Shown here: one piece after another, positions 31,439 to 41,600 of the stretch
Numbering within the stretch: the first letter of the stretch is position 1
Layout: every line of letters starts with the position of its first letter
Assembly: GCA_030641665.1 (NCBI GenBank)
Contig: DAOWHA010000050.1
Coordinates: 2,632 to 66,631 of the forward strand
Direction of reading: 5' to 3'
Length of the DNA stretch: 64,000 nt
Source: a bacterium
GTDB lineage: Bacteria; Patescibacteriota; Patescibacteriia; JAACEG01
Made by a program: the position numbers and the translations under genes
Notes under the pieces: model-generated
The model's input: the letters and a program-made list of their open reading frames with translations, nothing else
Told to the model about the DNA's origin: nothing
Databases searched by the model: none

Positions 31439-31544
31439 CGGAGAGGGAGGGATTCGCCCCGATATCCATCGGGGCGCCACGGCGGATGCCGTGGCGAACC
31501 CTCGAGCCAGTTGCCCTGCTAACACCTTAGCAGGGTGCCCCTTT
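31439..31544 (-). pseudogene. 5'-truncated tRNA-Ser(GCT) copy with a 40-bp T-loop insertion (31457-31496)
   Basis: Near-identical to 31059-31124 apart from the insert; D-arm and 5' acceptor strand absent. Confidence 0.85.
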
Positions 31545-31597
31545 TTTAACCCCGTCGGAAATCCGATATCGAAATCCGAATTCCGAAATAGAAATAG

Positions 31598-31684
31598 CGG
31601 AGAGATAGGGATTCGAACCCTAGGAACCCGTGAAGGCTCAACGGTTTTCAAGACCGTCCCATTCAACCGCTCTGGCATCTCTCC
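31598..31684 (-). tRNA. tRNA-Ser(TGA)
   Basis: GGAGAGA/TCTCTCC acceptor, CT-TGA-AA anticodon loop, long variable arm. Confidence 0.95.
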
Positions 31685-31727
31685 AATATATTTAATTGTG
31701 TATAAAAATAAATTTGCCCGTTAACTT

Positions 31728-31843
31728 GGATTCGCCCCGATATCCATCGGGGCGCCACGGCGGATGCCGTGGCGAACCCCCGGAACCCTTGCGGGTTCTC
31801 CGGTTTTCAAGACCGGCGCATTAGACCGCTCTGCCACGCTTCC
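31728..31843 (-). pseudogene. 3'-truncated second tRNA-Ser(TGA) with a 40-bp T-loop insertion (31735-31774)
   Basis: GGAAGCGTGGCAGAGCGG..CCGGT CT-TGA-AA ACCGG..GGTTCG[insert]AATCC; 3' acceptor strand absent. Confidence 0.85.
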
Positions 31844-31859
31844 ATATTTTTTAGATTTT

Positions 31860-31910
31860 TCCGCCCAAGGCGGACCAGCCTATGGCTGACAACCGCTATG
31901 CGACATCTCC
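31860..31910 (-). pseudogene. 5' fragment of another tRNA broken in the D-loop by a double mini-hairpin
   Basis: GGAGATGTCGCATAGCGG followed by TCAGCCATAGGCTGG-TCCGCCTTGGGCGGA. Confidence 0.55.
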
Positions 31911-32089
31911 GTTTCGGATTTCAAATATCAGATATTTTTAAAAAATAATCCGAAATCCGAGTTCCGATATCTGATATCTGACATCCGATATCTTTGACAA
32001 TAAAACGATGATAATCTATAATAAAATAAATATTAAAAAATATTCAAGATTATTAGTAATAATAGAATAATTTTTGTTTTTGTCAATTT

Positions 32090-32590
32090 ATGGCTAAAGA
32101 AAAGATTAAAAATATATACGGTAAAATTATCAAAAGCTGGACATTCCCCGAGTATATAAAATACGACCGCAGCCGAAGATGGTATATTATAGTTTCTATA
32201 ATTTTTATATCACTGATTTTTTATAACTTTAAAACAGATAATTTTTTATTTATCATTATTTTAGTCATGCTTGCTTTAATTATTGTTGAATCGCGCAGAA
32301 AAAAACCGATGGAAGTAAAATTCAGCATTACTGAAAATGGAATTATGCTTAACGACGCTTTTTACGATTACAATAAAAATTTAAACAAATTTTGGATTGT
32401 TTACGATCCGCCAGAAGTTAAAAAAATATATTTTGAATTCAAAAATATGCTGCGCACGCATTTGGTTATTCCGATTACCGACCAATCACCGCTAGACTTA
32501 AGGGATATTTTATTAGAATACTTAGATGAAGATCTTGAAAAAGAAGGGGAATCAACAGCAGAAGCGCTTGGAAGACTATTAAAATTATAA
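32090..32590 (+). CDS. Conserved hypothetical membrane protein
   Basis: W..PEY...RS..WY motif, two TM segments, soluble C-terminus. Confidence 0.75.
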   Translation: MAKEKIKNIYGKIIKSWTFPEYIKYDRSRRWYIIVSIIFISLIFYNFKTDNFLFIIILVMLALIIVESRRKKPMEVKFSITENGIMLNDAFYDYNKNLNKFWIVYDPPEVKKIYFEFKNMLRTHLVIPITDQSPLDLRDILLEYLDEDLEKEGESTAEALGRLLKL

Positions 32591-32645
32591 TTAAATTTTA
32601 ACACTTTTTAAAATTTTATTCGCGAGATAAATTTATGATAAATTT

Positions 32646-32822
32646 TACAAAAAATAAATTCAAAATTCAAAATCATAAATACAAAATAAATTACAATAAC
32701 CAAAATCATAAATACAAAATAATTTAAAATTTCAAATTGAAATTCTAAACCTCTTTAAAATTGTTTTGGATTTTGAAAATTATTATTTTGAATTTATTTG
32801 TAATTTTGGATTTGTGATTTTT
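32646..32822. repeat. Inverted AT-rich heptamer array with no gene inside
   Basis: TCAAAAT/ACAAAAT units facing ATTTTGA/ATTTGTG units. Confidence 0.65.
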
Positions 32823-32893
32823 TTGTTTATTTATTGTTAATTAAAATTAAATTCTGTTTAGAAAATGCTTAATAAAACAAACAATACTCAAAT

Positions 32894-32967
32894 GTTCCCA
32901 TAGCTCAGTTGGATAGAGCGTCAGCTTGCGGAGCTGAAGGTCAGAGGTTCAAATCCTCTTGGGGACA
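32894..32967 (+). tRNA. tRNA-Arg(GCG)
   Basis: TCAGC TT-GCG-GA GCTGA anticodon arm, GGTTCAAATCC T-arm. Confidence 0.93.
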
Positions 32968-32971
32968 CATT

Positions 32972-35098
32972 ATGTTAAACTTAACAACTCTGGCGGATGA
33001 AATTTCGCCGATAACGCGGAAGCTGTCAACTAAATTAAAAAGGTTAAAAATTGAGATTGTTGAAGATCTCATTTTTTATTATCCGTTCAGGTATGACGAT
33101 TTCAGCAGCGTAAAAAAAATCGCTGATCTAAACTGCGGAGATATTGTTACGATTAAAGGACGGGTTGATCTGATTGAAAACAGAAGAAGCCCGTTTCAAA
33201 AAAAAAATATTACGCAGGCGATAATAAGCGACGAAACAGGATCCATAAACGCAATCTGGTTTAACCAGCCGTATATAATAAAAAGCATAAGAACAGGTGA
33301 AAATATCTATCTTGCCGGAAAAATTGATTTGGACCATGACAATCCGCAGATGAAAAATCCTGAATATGAAAAAATAAATTATTCAACTATCGCCGGGCGG
33401 CTGGCCCCTGTCTATCATCTCACAGCGGGAATTACCAATAAGCAGATCAGATTTATGATTAAACTTTCACTGCCAGCAATTAAAAGCATAAAAGACTGGC
33501 TGCCGACAAAAATCCAAAATAGAACCAAGCTGATACCTTTAAATATCGCTTTAACTAATATCCATTTTCCGCAAGATAAAAACGCTCTTAATCAAGCCGC
33601 GCGGCGATTGAAATTTGACGAACTGTTTTTAATCCAGATGAAAAATTTAATAGCTAAAAATCGGCTGAAAAAAAACAGCGCGGAAATAATTAATTTTAAA
33701 GAAGCGGAAATTAAAAAATTTGTCGCAAACCTGCCGTTCAAATTAACCGATGATCAAAAAAAATCCTCGTGGACGATTTTAAAAGATCTGCAAAAACCGC
33801 ATCCGATGAATCGCCTTTTAGAAGGCGATGTAGGATGCGGCAAAACAGTCGTTGCCGCCATAGCTATGCTTAACACGGCTCTGAATAATAAACAATCCGT
33901 TTATATGGCTCCAACAGAAATTTTGGCAAAACAGCATTTTGTCTCCATTTCTGAATTGTTAAAAAAATTTAATATTAAAATCGGGCTAATTACAAGAAGC
34001 GAGAGGAAAACGAATTATGAATTAAAAATCAAGAATCAAAAATTAAATAAAAAGAAATCTAATGCTTATAATTCTAAGTCTATAATTCAAAATTCTGATA
34101 TTGTAATCGGCACGCACGCGCTGATACAAAATAAAATTAAATTTAAAAATCTAGTTCTAACAATCATAGACGAACAGCACCGTTTCGGGGTAGACCAAAG
34201 AAAAGCGCTCGCGGAAAAATTAAAATGTAATAAAAAAAATCCGACATCCGACATCCGACATCCGACATCCGAAATGCCCCATTTTCTGTCAATGACAGCT
34301 ACGCCGATCCCGAGAACCTTGCATTTAGCGCTTGATGGCGATTTGGATTTGAGCGTTATTAAAGAGATGCCGAAAAACAGAAAAAAAGTTTTGACAAAAA
34401 TCGTTGAAAATAATAAAAGGCAAAAAGCTTATGAATTTATCCAAAAACAGATAGGGGATGGGAGACAAATATTCGTAATCTGCCCTCTAATTGATCCAAG
34501 CGATAAATTAGGGGTGAAATCCGTGAGCGAGGAATATGAAAAATTAAACAAAAAAATTTTCCCGGATATTAAAATAGAAATTTTGCATGGCAAACTAAAG
34601 GCGGAAAAAAAAGAAAAAATAATGCAAAATTTTTTAAACAACAAAACAAAAGTTTTAGTGGCAACTTCTGTTGTGGAAGTCGGCGTTGATATCCCCAATG
34701 CAACTATTATAATGATAGAAGGTGCGGAGCGGTTCGGGTTGGCGCAACTGCACCAATTCCGCGGACGGGTCGGACGGAGCGCGTTTCAGTCTTACTGTTT
34801 TTTATTCAGCGATAATTTAACGGCTAAAGCCAGTAATAGATTGGAGGCGTTAGTTGATTGTAATGATGGATTTGAACTTGCGCGCCGAGATTTGGAATTC
34901 AGGGGCGCCGGCGATATTTACGGACAGGAGCAGTCAGGGCTCCCTAAATTAAAAATCGCCACGCTTTTCGACTATGAACTTATGCAAAAAGTTAGAGACG
35001 AGGCAGAGCAAATTTTAACAATGAATTCAGAATTAGAAAAATTTCCTGAACTGAAAAACCGAATGAAAGAATTTGAAAAATCAATTCATTTGGAATAA
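32972..35098 (+). CDS. recG: ATP-dependent DNA helicase RecG (two in-frame heptamer insertions)
   Basis: RLKFDELF, GDVGCGKT, IDEQHRFGV, MTATPIPRT, LHQFRGRVGR; start moved to ATG after the tRNA. Confidence 0.96.
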   Translation: MLNLTTLADEISPITRKLSTKLKRLKIEIVEDLIFYYPFRYDDFSSVKKIADLNCGDIVTIKGRVDLIENRRSPFQKKNITQAIISDETGSINAIWFNQPYIIKSIRTGENIYLAGKIDLDHDNPQMKNPEYEKINYSTIAGRLAPVYHLTAGITNKQIRFMIKLSLPAIKSIKDWLPTKIQNRTKLIPLNIALTNIHFPQDKNALNQAARRLKFDELFLIQMKNLIAKNRLKKNSAEIINFKEAEIKKFVANLPFKLTDDQKKSSWTILKDLQKPHPMNRLLEGDVGCGKTVVAAIAMLNTALNNKQSVYMAPTEILAKQHFVSISELLKKFNIKIGLITRSERKTNYELKIKNQKLNKKKSNAYNSKSIIQNSDIVIGTHALIQNKIKFKNLVLTIIDEQHRFGVDQRKALAEKLKCNKKNPTSDIRHPTSEMPHFLSMTATPIPRTLHLALDGDLDLSVIKEMPKNRKKVLTKIVENNKRQKAYEFIQKQIGDGRQIFVICPLIDPSDKLGVKSVSEEYEKLNKKIFPDIKIEILHGKLKAEKKEKIMQNFLNNKTKVLVATSVVEVGVDIPNATIIMIEGAERFGLAQLHQFRGRVGRSAFQSYCFLFSDNLTAKASNRLEALVDCNDGFELARRDLEFRGAGDIYGQEQSGLPKLKIATLFDYELMQKVRDEAEQILTMNSELEKFPELKNRMKEFEKSIHLE

Positions 35099-35135
35099 AA
35101 AAACTAAAAATATCAATCTGCTACAATAAACATCA

Positions 35136-35163
35136 AAAAAGCGGGATTAAAATCCCGCTTTTT
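35136..35163. terminator. Bidirectional terminator between recG and the RloB-family gene
   Basis: AAAAAAGCGGGAT-TAAA-ATCCCGCTTTTT. Confidence 0.8.
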
Positions 35164-35217
35164 AATATTTTGTGCTTTTATGAAAGGACTCAATAAAAAT
35201 TTATTTTTTAAAACTCC

Positions 35218-35880
35218 TTATTCTTTCTTTAATTTATTTAAATTTTCAACAAGCAGATAAACCGTTGTTGAGGGATTCTTTTTTGAAAATGATTTTTCGT
35301 TTTTATGCATATTTAACAGTTTTTTAGCATTTCTAATTGCATCTTTTTCAGTATCCTTTAGTAAAAGGTACATATCTTTTGATATTTTACTATATCTTAT
35401 TTTAGAGTTGCCTGTAAGTTTTTTTAGATTATCCGTTAATTTTAATATATAATCTTTCCTGCTAATAGCCGAACTAAGCGGAATAAAATGCAACAAAAAC
35501 CATATTTCAAAACATTCATTTGAATAAGCTACTTCTAAATTATTTACCCCTGCCTTAATTATCGCATTATCAAAATGCTGATCAAAATTATCTTTATCAA
35601 AAACAACCCAGCACTCATCGCTATTTTCCGAATTATCAATTTTAATATTTCTTTCTTTTATAAATTCTATCGCAAAATTTACAAGTTTTAAAGTATTATA
35701 TCCAGTACCTGCAATTTTTATCTTAATATTTTGTCTTCTAATTTCTGTTTCAATTTCTTTCTTTTTTGATTCAAAATAATTTACTTCAGTTTTTTCTCCT
35801 TCTGTAAAAATATAAATAAATTTATACTGTTTTCGTGTATCGTATTTTCTATTTAATTTACATTCTAACTTTTTGCTCAT
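35218..35880 (-). CDS. RloB-family protein
   Basis: TEGEKTEVNYF, WVVFDKD, YSNECFEIWFLLHF, NPSTTVYLLV. Confidence 0.88.
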   Translation of the reverse strand: MSKKLECKLNRKYDTRKQYKFIYIFTEGEKTEVNYFESKKKEIETEIRRQNIKIKIAGTGYNTLKLVNFAIEFIKERNIKIDNSENSDECWVVFDKDNFDQHFDNAIIKAGVNNLEVAYSNECFEIWFLLHFIPLSSAISRKDYILKLTDNLKKLTGNSKIRYSKISKDMYLLLKDTEKDAIRNAKKLLNMHKNEKSFSKKNPSTTVYLLVENLNKLKKE

Positions 35881-35890
35881 ATTTTTTAAA

Positions 35891-37120
35891 TTATACAGAA
35901 TCAATAAATGGCAATGCTCCGAATCTGCCCTTAAGGTATTTTTTAGAAAATTCAGTATCATTTCTTAAATCAGAATCAAACTCAGCTAAAGAAAACAGAT
36001 CGCCTGCCCCAAACTTATTTTTTTCCGTAAACCAAAATTGTTCTTTGATAAAATCATCCTTATATGAAAGCAGACTTGTATCATGAGTAGTAACTATCAA
36101 TTGAGCATTATTCGGATTATTTTTTTCAAACAAATCAATAATAAATTTAGTTAAAAGCGGATGAACACTATTATCGAATTCATCAATAAATAAAACTTTG
36201 CCGTTTTCAAGCGTGTCGGCTATAGGTCCAATTACATCAAAAAATTTTTGCGTTCCTTCGGACTCATTACCTAAATTAAATTTTTCAACTCCATTTTTTT
36301 TATCTTTTGAATTAAATTTACTGTGTAAAAAAAATACAGTGTCCATCGTGTTTGGAATTTTTTTTTCGTTCATAAACATCATTTGTTTTCTTATATGTTC
36401 GGGTAATGGTATTTTTCTAACTTCTATATCAATAATAGAAAAATCGGCTTTTTGCAAAAAATTTAAAACTTTATTTTTTTTATTTGAGTTGTCCCTAATC
36501 AATTTTAATGTATACCCCCTATATTCACCATTATTAAAACCGCTAATAATATTAATATTTTTAAATCCATCTACAATTTTCATAGCAAGTTCATTATTCC
36601 ATTGAGAAACTGCAGACAAAAATAATATTTCTTTTCTAGTTTTCACTTTAGCAATATCTTCACTTCCTTTAAAATCATTAAATAATTGAAATGATTGTTC
36701 TTTTCTAATTAAACATTTTTTTTCTTCTCCAGTAGATAAAATTTCTAATAAATTTTCTGTAATAATTTTATCTTTTAAAATAGAAAAATTATATTTAAAA
36801 ATTTGGTTATCTAAAGAAAAAATAATTTCAAAAAAGGATGGTTGATTATTATCATCTGAAAGTAAAAATGGGTAATATGGCAAGCTTGAATCTTCGGAAT
36901 TTTTTAATGAGTAAATTATTCCTTCTCTTAATAAATCGAAAGCATTAAGCAATGTGCTTTTACCAGAGGAATTTGGACCATATATTAAAGAAATTTTTAA
37001 TAAGTTTCGTTTATTTTTTTCAAAAGTATGCTCGCTTTTTCTTGCCAACATAGAAAAAGTTGTCTTTTCTTTAAAAATTTTAAAATTTTTTACTGAAAAT
37101 TCAATAATTGATATTGACAT
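35891..37120 (-). CDS. RloA-like AAA/ABC ATPase
   Basis: YGPNSSGKS, ESEGTQK, IDEFDNSVHP, QLIVTTHD, YLKGRFGALP. Confidence 0.88.
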   Translation of the reverse strand: MSISIIEFSVKNFKIFKEKTTFSMLARKSEHTFEKNKRNLLKISLIYGPNSSGKSTLLNAFDLLREGIIYSLKNSEDSSLPYYPFLLSDDNNQPSFFEIIFSLDNQIFKYNFSILKDKIITENLLEILSTGEEKKCLIRKEQSFQLFNDFKGSEDIAKVKTRKEILFLSAVSQWNNELAMKIVDGFKNINIISGFNNGEYRGYTLKLIRDNSNKKNKVLNFLQKADFSIIDIEVRKIPLPEHIRKQMMFMNEKKIPNTMDTVFFLHSKFNSKDKKNGVEKFNLGNESEGTQKFFDVIGPIADTLENGKVLFIDEFDNSVHPLLTKFIIDLFEKNNPNNAQLIVTTHDTSLLSYKDDFIKEQFWFTEKNKFGAGDLFSLAEFDSDLRNDTEFSKKYLKGRFGALPFIDSV

Positions 37121-37225
37121 AATTTTTGTAAATTATTTACTTAAACTTATTTATAACATACATCAAATATTAAAATAATGCAAGATTTTGCAAAAAATTT
37201 ACATTTTTTTATTATTTTTATTTTC

Positions 37226-38566
37226 CTAAAACATCTTTTCAATCGCTTCGCTTATGTTTTTTGCTGGCATTAAATTTATGCTGGCATATTTTTTTTGCGC
37301 AGAATTAAACGGTATTAAAGCGTTTTTAAATCCGAGTTTCTCTGCCTCTTTTATTCTCTGCTCAAGGCGATTCACTTTTCTAATCTCCCCACCCAACCCG
37401 ACCTCTCCGATAATAATCGTATCGTTTGGCAAAGCGATATTTTTAAAAGCGGAAACGATTGAAAGGCATATCGCTAAATCCAAAGCTGGCTCTGTGATTT
37501 TAATGCCGCCGACAATATTCAGATTTATATCCTGATTTATAAGATTTATATTAGCGCGGCGGATTAAGACAGTGGCTAAAATCTGCAAACGGTTGGCGTC
37601 AAAACCAAACGCCCTGCGTTGGGGATATCCAAAAATCGTTTTGCTCACAAGCGCTTGCGTCTCAATTAAAAATGTTCTCGTCCCTTCTAAAATAGAGCTT
37701 ATGGCCGTTCCCGGCGCGCCTTGTCCGCTATCTGACAAAAAAGCGCCTGCTGGATTTTTAACTTCTTGCAGCCCTTTTGACGACATAGCAAATACGCCAA
37801 GCTCCGAAGTGGCGCCGAAACGATTTTTTTTAGCACGCAAAATCCTAAAATTATTCTTTTCTTCGCCTTCTAAATAAGCGACTGTGTCAACAAGATGTTC
37901 TAATGTCTTTGGTCCCGCGACCTGTCCGTCTTTTGTGATATGCCCGATAATAAAAATCGGGATATTAAATTTTTTCGCCGTATGCAACAGTTTGACAGTG
38001 GCAGCCCTGATCTGATTGATGCTGCCCGCCTCTGTTTCAAGTTCCATTGATGAAATAGTCTGAATTGAATCAATAATCGCTAAATTCGGCTTGACTTTTT
38101 CAATTGCCGCGCAAATTTTTTCCACTTCGGTTTCAGATGAAAATTTCATCTCTGAATTTTTAATTTCTAATCTGTCTAAACGCATCTTAATCTGATGCGC
38201 GGATTCCTCGCCAGAAACATATAGAGTATTATTAATAACGGCTGCTATCTGTAAAAGCAGAGTTGACTTTCCTATTCCCGGCTCGCCTCCGATTAAAACA
38301 ACGCTTCCCGGCACGATTCCTCCGCCTAAAACGCGATCAAACTCTTCAATGCCTGTTTTAACGCGCGCCAATTCTCCGCTTTTAATTGCGTTAAAATTAA
38401 TGATATCCCCTGTTTCTATTTTAACTTCGCGCGCCTGATTTTTTTTATTGAAAATTTCAGCTTGTAAAGTTCCCCATTGTCCGCAATCAATACAGCGCCC
38501 CTGCCATTTTTGGCTTTGCGCTCCGCAATTGGAACAACTATAAATTGTTTCTGTTTTTATCGGCAT
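37226..38566 (-). CDS. radA: DNA repair protein RadA/Sms
   Basis: CSNCG..WQGRCIDCGQW zinc finger, GEPGIGKSTLL, KNRFG; start moved to MPIKT. Confidence 0.96.
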   Translation of the reverse strand: MPIKTETIYSCSNCGAQSQKWQGRCIDCGQWGTLQAEIFNKKNQAREVKIETGDIINFNAIKSGELARVKTGIEEFDRVLGGGIVPGSVVLIGGEPGIGKSTLLLQIAAVINNTLYVSGEESAHQIKMRLDRLEIKNSEMKFSSETEVEKICAAIEKVKPNLAIIDSIQTISSMELETEAGSINQIRAATVKLLHTAKKFNIPIFIIGHITKDGQVAGPKTLEHLVDTVAYLEGEEKNNFRILRAKKNRFGATSELGVFAMSSKGLQEVKNPAGAFLSDSGQGAPGTAISSILEGTRTFLIETQALVSKTIFGYPQRRAFGFDANRLQILATVLIRRANINLINQDINLNIVGGIKITEPALDLAICLSIVSAFKNIALPNDTIIIGEVGLGGEIRKVNRLEQRIKEAEKLGFKNALIPFNSAQKKYASINLMPAKNISEAIEKMF

Positions 38567-38668
38567 AGGCAAATTTATTAAAAAAAACGGCGCGTCTGCG
38601 ATGCGCCGCAAAAATTTTTAACTAAATAAAAAATTACAAATATAAAACATTTTTCTTATAAATTTATA

Positions 38669-41600
38669 CTATTCTTCTATAAGAAAAAATATCTCTTTTA
38701 ATATATCGCCGTTCTCGCTTCTAATAACAGGATCAATGGATATCGCTGGAAAATCATCATCTGTTCCCTCGCCTCCGTCGTCTCGGCAATAGAACATATC
38801 AAAATAAGTTTCATTGCAAATTCCGGCAATATCGCAATCAGCTGTCGGATTATTTAAAATCCAATCTTCCCATGGCCAATAAGATATGTCAGGCCAAGGA
38901 TTCTCGCACATAAAAGTATTTATCGTCATCTTCTTTTTAGCGCTGCCATAATCAATAACGCCGTTAGATACGGCTTTAATATCTAAAATCGCTTTGCCGT
39001 TTATCGGATTAGCTGTTAAAACAGCGTTTCCCAGCGCGGTTGAAATCTGAAAAATATCATCGCTGTCTATCTCTGTCCATGTCCAGTCAAAATCGTTCGG
39101 ATTTAAAATATTGCCTGTGCTATCATCAACCGCGAAACTGTAAAACTGGTGCTGGTTTCCAGCAGCGCCTCCGTCTGAGTCGCGAATGCAATCATTCTTA
39201 CCAGCGCATAAAAATATATCAGAACTCATATCTTCATAAATCAAGTTTGGTAACGGCGAATCTCCGACTTCTACATCAACTCTGATATAATCAATATCGC
39301 AAATTATATCGCCTGTTGTAAAATTCCAACTATAATCTCCGTCCATCGCGATTCCATATTCGCTTAAAACGCCCTCGGCAACAGCATCTGTTAAGTCGGG
39401 GTCGCCTTTTATAATAACTCTATAAATAGTAGCTGGATTTAAATCTTCTTTTGGCGCGAAATATACTATTGTGCTGCTAGAATTTACAGTTAAACTCCCA
39501 TCAATAGCGCACCAAACTTCCCCTGCAAAACTATATAAAGTTGAAGTGGATGTATCTGTCGGACAAATTCCTTCAACCGTATATTCAGTGATTACTTCCA
39601 TATTATCTTCGTTCTTTATGCTGTTTCCTTTCATCTCTTGGTCAAACTCCGCGCTAATTAAAACATTGCGGCAGACATCTATATTTCCGCCAACAGGCAT
39701 TGTCGGTGGAATAACCACAGGGCGCGTACGGCAGCAAGTATCGTTTCCACATAAAAGTGGCGCGGAGCAGTCAGCGTCCTGTTCGCATCCGCAGCACCAG
39801 CCGCGGCTGTTTCCAACGCAAGCGTCAATATTAGGGGTGCATTCTAATGGAGCAAAGCATTGATCATTATTCATGTCGCAACAGCAAAAACAATTATTAT
39901 AATTAGGATCAACCCCGCCTGTCGGGCAAATCGCGCTGTCTTCCATGCATCCATATCCGATCATACAACTGCTAACGCCTTCTTGGCAGCAATTCCCTCC
40001 GCCTAAAATGCAAGGCACGCCAGGACCTGTCGGCTCAATAACAGTTATAATTCCACTCCCTGTAATTCCATCTGCTTGCGCGTTTATGTTAGTTGTTCCT
40101 AATGAAATAGCGTCAACCTGCTGATACGGATCTATATCGCCATTAGGCAATTCAATATCCTGTAAAGGAAATGCTAAATCGGCAATAAGTCCGTCATTGC
40201 TCCACCAGTTCCAATTATAATTTAACGGATTTATTGTTTGTCCGCTTGGATCGCAACTGTCTGGCGAAGACCTTGCTATAGATTTATAATCAACAACATC
40301 GCCAATATAAGCCGAGGCGTTTGTCGGAATTACTTCGACTGAACTCAGCGCGCATAAAGCGTCAGCTCCGCTTTTTGTTTTAAATATCCACGAATAAGAA
40401 TCGTTTCCGTTGGTTTCAATCGCGCCGTCGCCGCAAACAGCAAGCCCGCTTGATCCTTCATTTAAGCAAATATTTGAACAGCCATCGTTGTTTATTAAAT
40501 TGCCGTCGTCGCAATCTTCGCCGATTCCTATATCTCTGTCTCCGCAAACAGAACTTTTAACGCCCTCGCTTAAACAAATGCTTGAACAGCCATCGCTTGA
40601 AATAATATTATTATCATCGCAATCCTCGCCTAATTCAATCGCTCCATTTCCGCAAACCGCTGTGCCTGTTGATCCTTCCTTAAGGCATTTATCAGAACAT
40701 CCGTCGCCATTAGTCTGATTGCCATCGTCGCACGCTTCGCCGAATTCAAGAATGCTATTTCCGCAAACCGCTGTGCCTGTTGATCCTTCGTATAAACATT
40801 CAGATGAACAGCCGTCGCCGGAATTAGTATTATTGTCATCGCAATTTTCATAAATATCTAAACCTCCATTACCGCAAGTATTAGTAACCGATCCTGTGTT
40901 TAAACAATTAACACTACATCCAACGCTGTTAACTGGATAGCATTCCTGGCTCGGCTGCCCGCAATGGTCTGCGGCGCCATTCCAAAGGCAAGACGCGCCG
41001 CATAGCGCATCTCCGTCGCATTCTTCGCCAGAAGCCAAATTGCTATTTAATTTTATTAAATAATCTCCTAACACAGATTTAACCCCGTTTTCGCCTGTCT
41101 TAATTACTGCTCTGTAATAATTATCCTGCGTAAAATTGCCAACCGCAGAAAAGGTTGCCACGGATTCTCCCGTAAAATTATTCCAGAGATAAAATGGATT
41201 TGTAATATTAATAACTGCCGTCAACGGATTAAAAGGGCAAGACGAATCGCCGCCGCAATCATAAATTCTTATGCTTCCGTTAGCGCCGTTAGTTAAAGTG
41301 GCGGAATTAACCTCGCCGTCAAAGCGCAAGCCCATTTCCGCGTTAATGCAGACAGAATCGCATTCATACCAATGCTCAATAATGCTTAATCCTTGAAAAT
41401 CAACTTTTAATAGCGCTTTTCCTGTCTTATTATCCGGCATTGCATTAGCTCTAATGTAAGTATTGCCGTTTCCAATAGCGCTAACTGTTTCGTTGGTTGT
41501 CGCGCTTCCAGATACTGTGGCGATTAACGGATCATCGCTGCTCCAATTCATACTCTGCCCTAAAACATTAATTATAATACAAGGATTATCTTTAGATATT

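Noticed and set aside
31385-31724. ORFs over tRNA genes (also 62730-62918, 63143-63415 and the recG 5' extension 32909-32971)
   Set aside because: Shadow frames of tRNA sequences.
31439-31843. Split or trans-spliced tRNA joined through the identical 40-nt inserts
   Set aside because: Joining the GGAAGCG 5' strand to the CCTCTCC 3' strand leaves two acceptor-stem mismatches, and intact Ser(GCT) and Ser(TGA) genes are adjacent.
40410-40860. Near-identical repeats in the 2096-aa gene as DGR template/variable repeats
   Set aside because: They are tandem Cys-rich protein repeats within one ORF; no adenine-specific mismatch pattern is evident and no reverse transcriptase gene is in the window.
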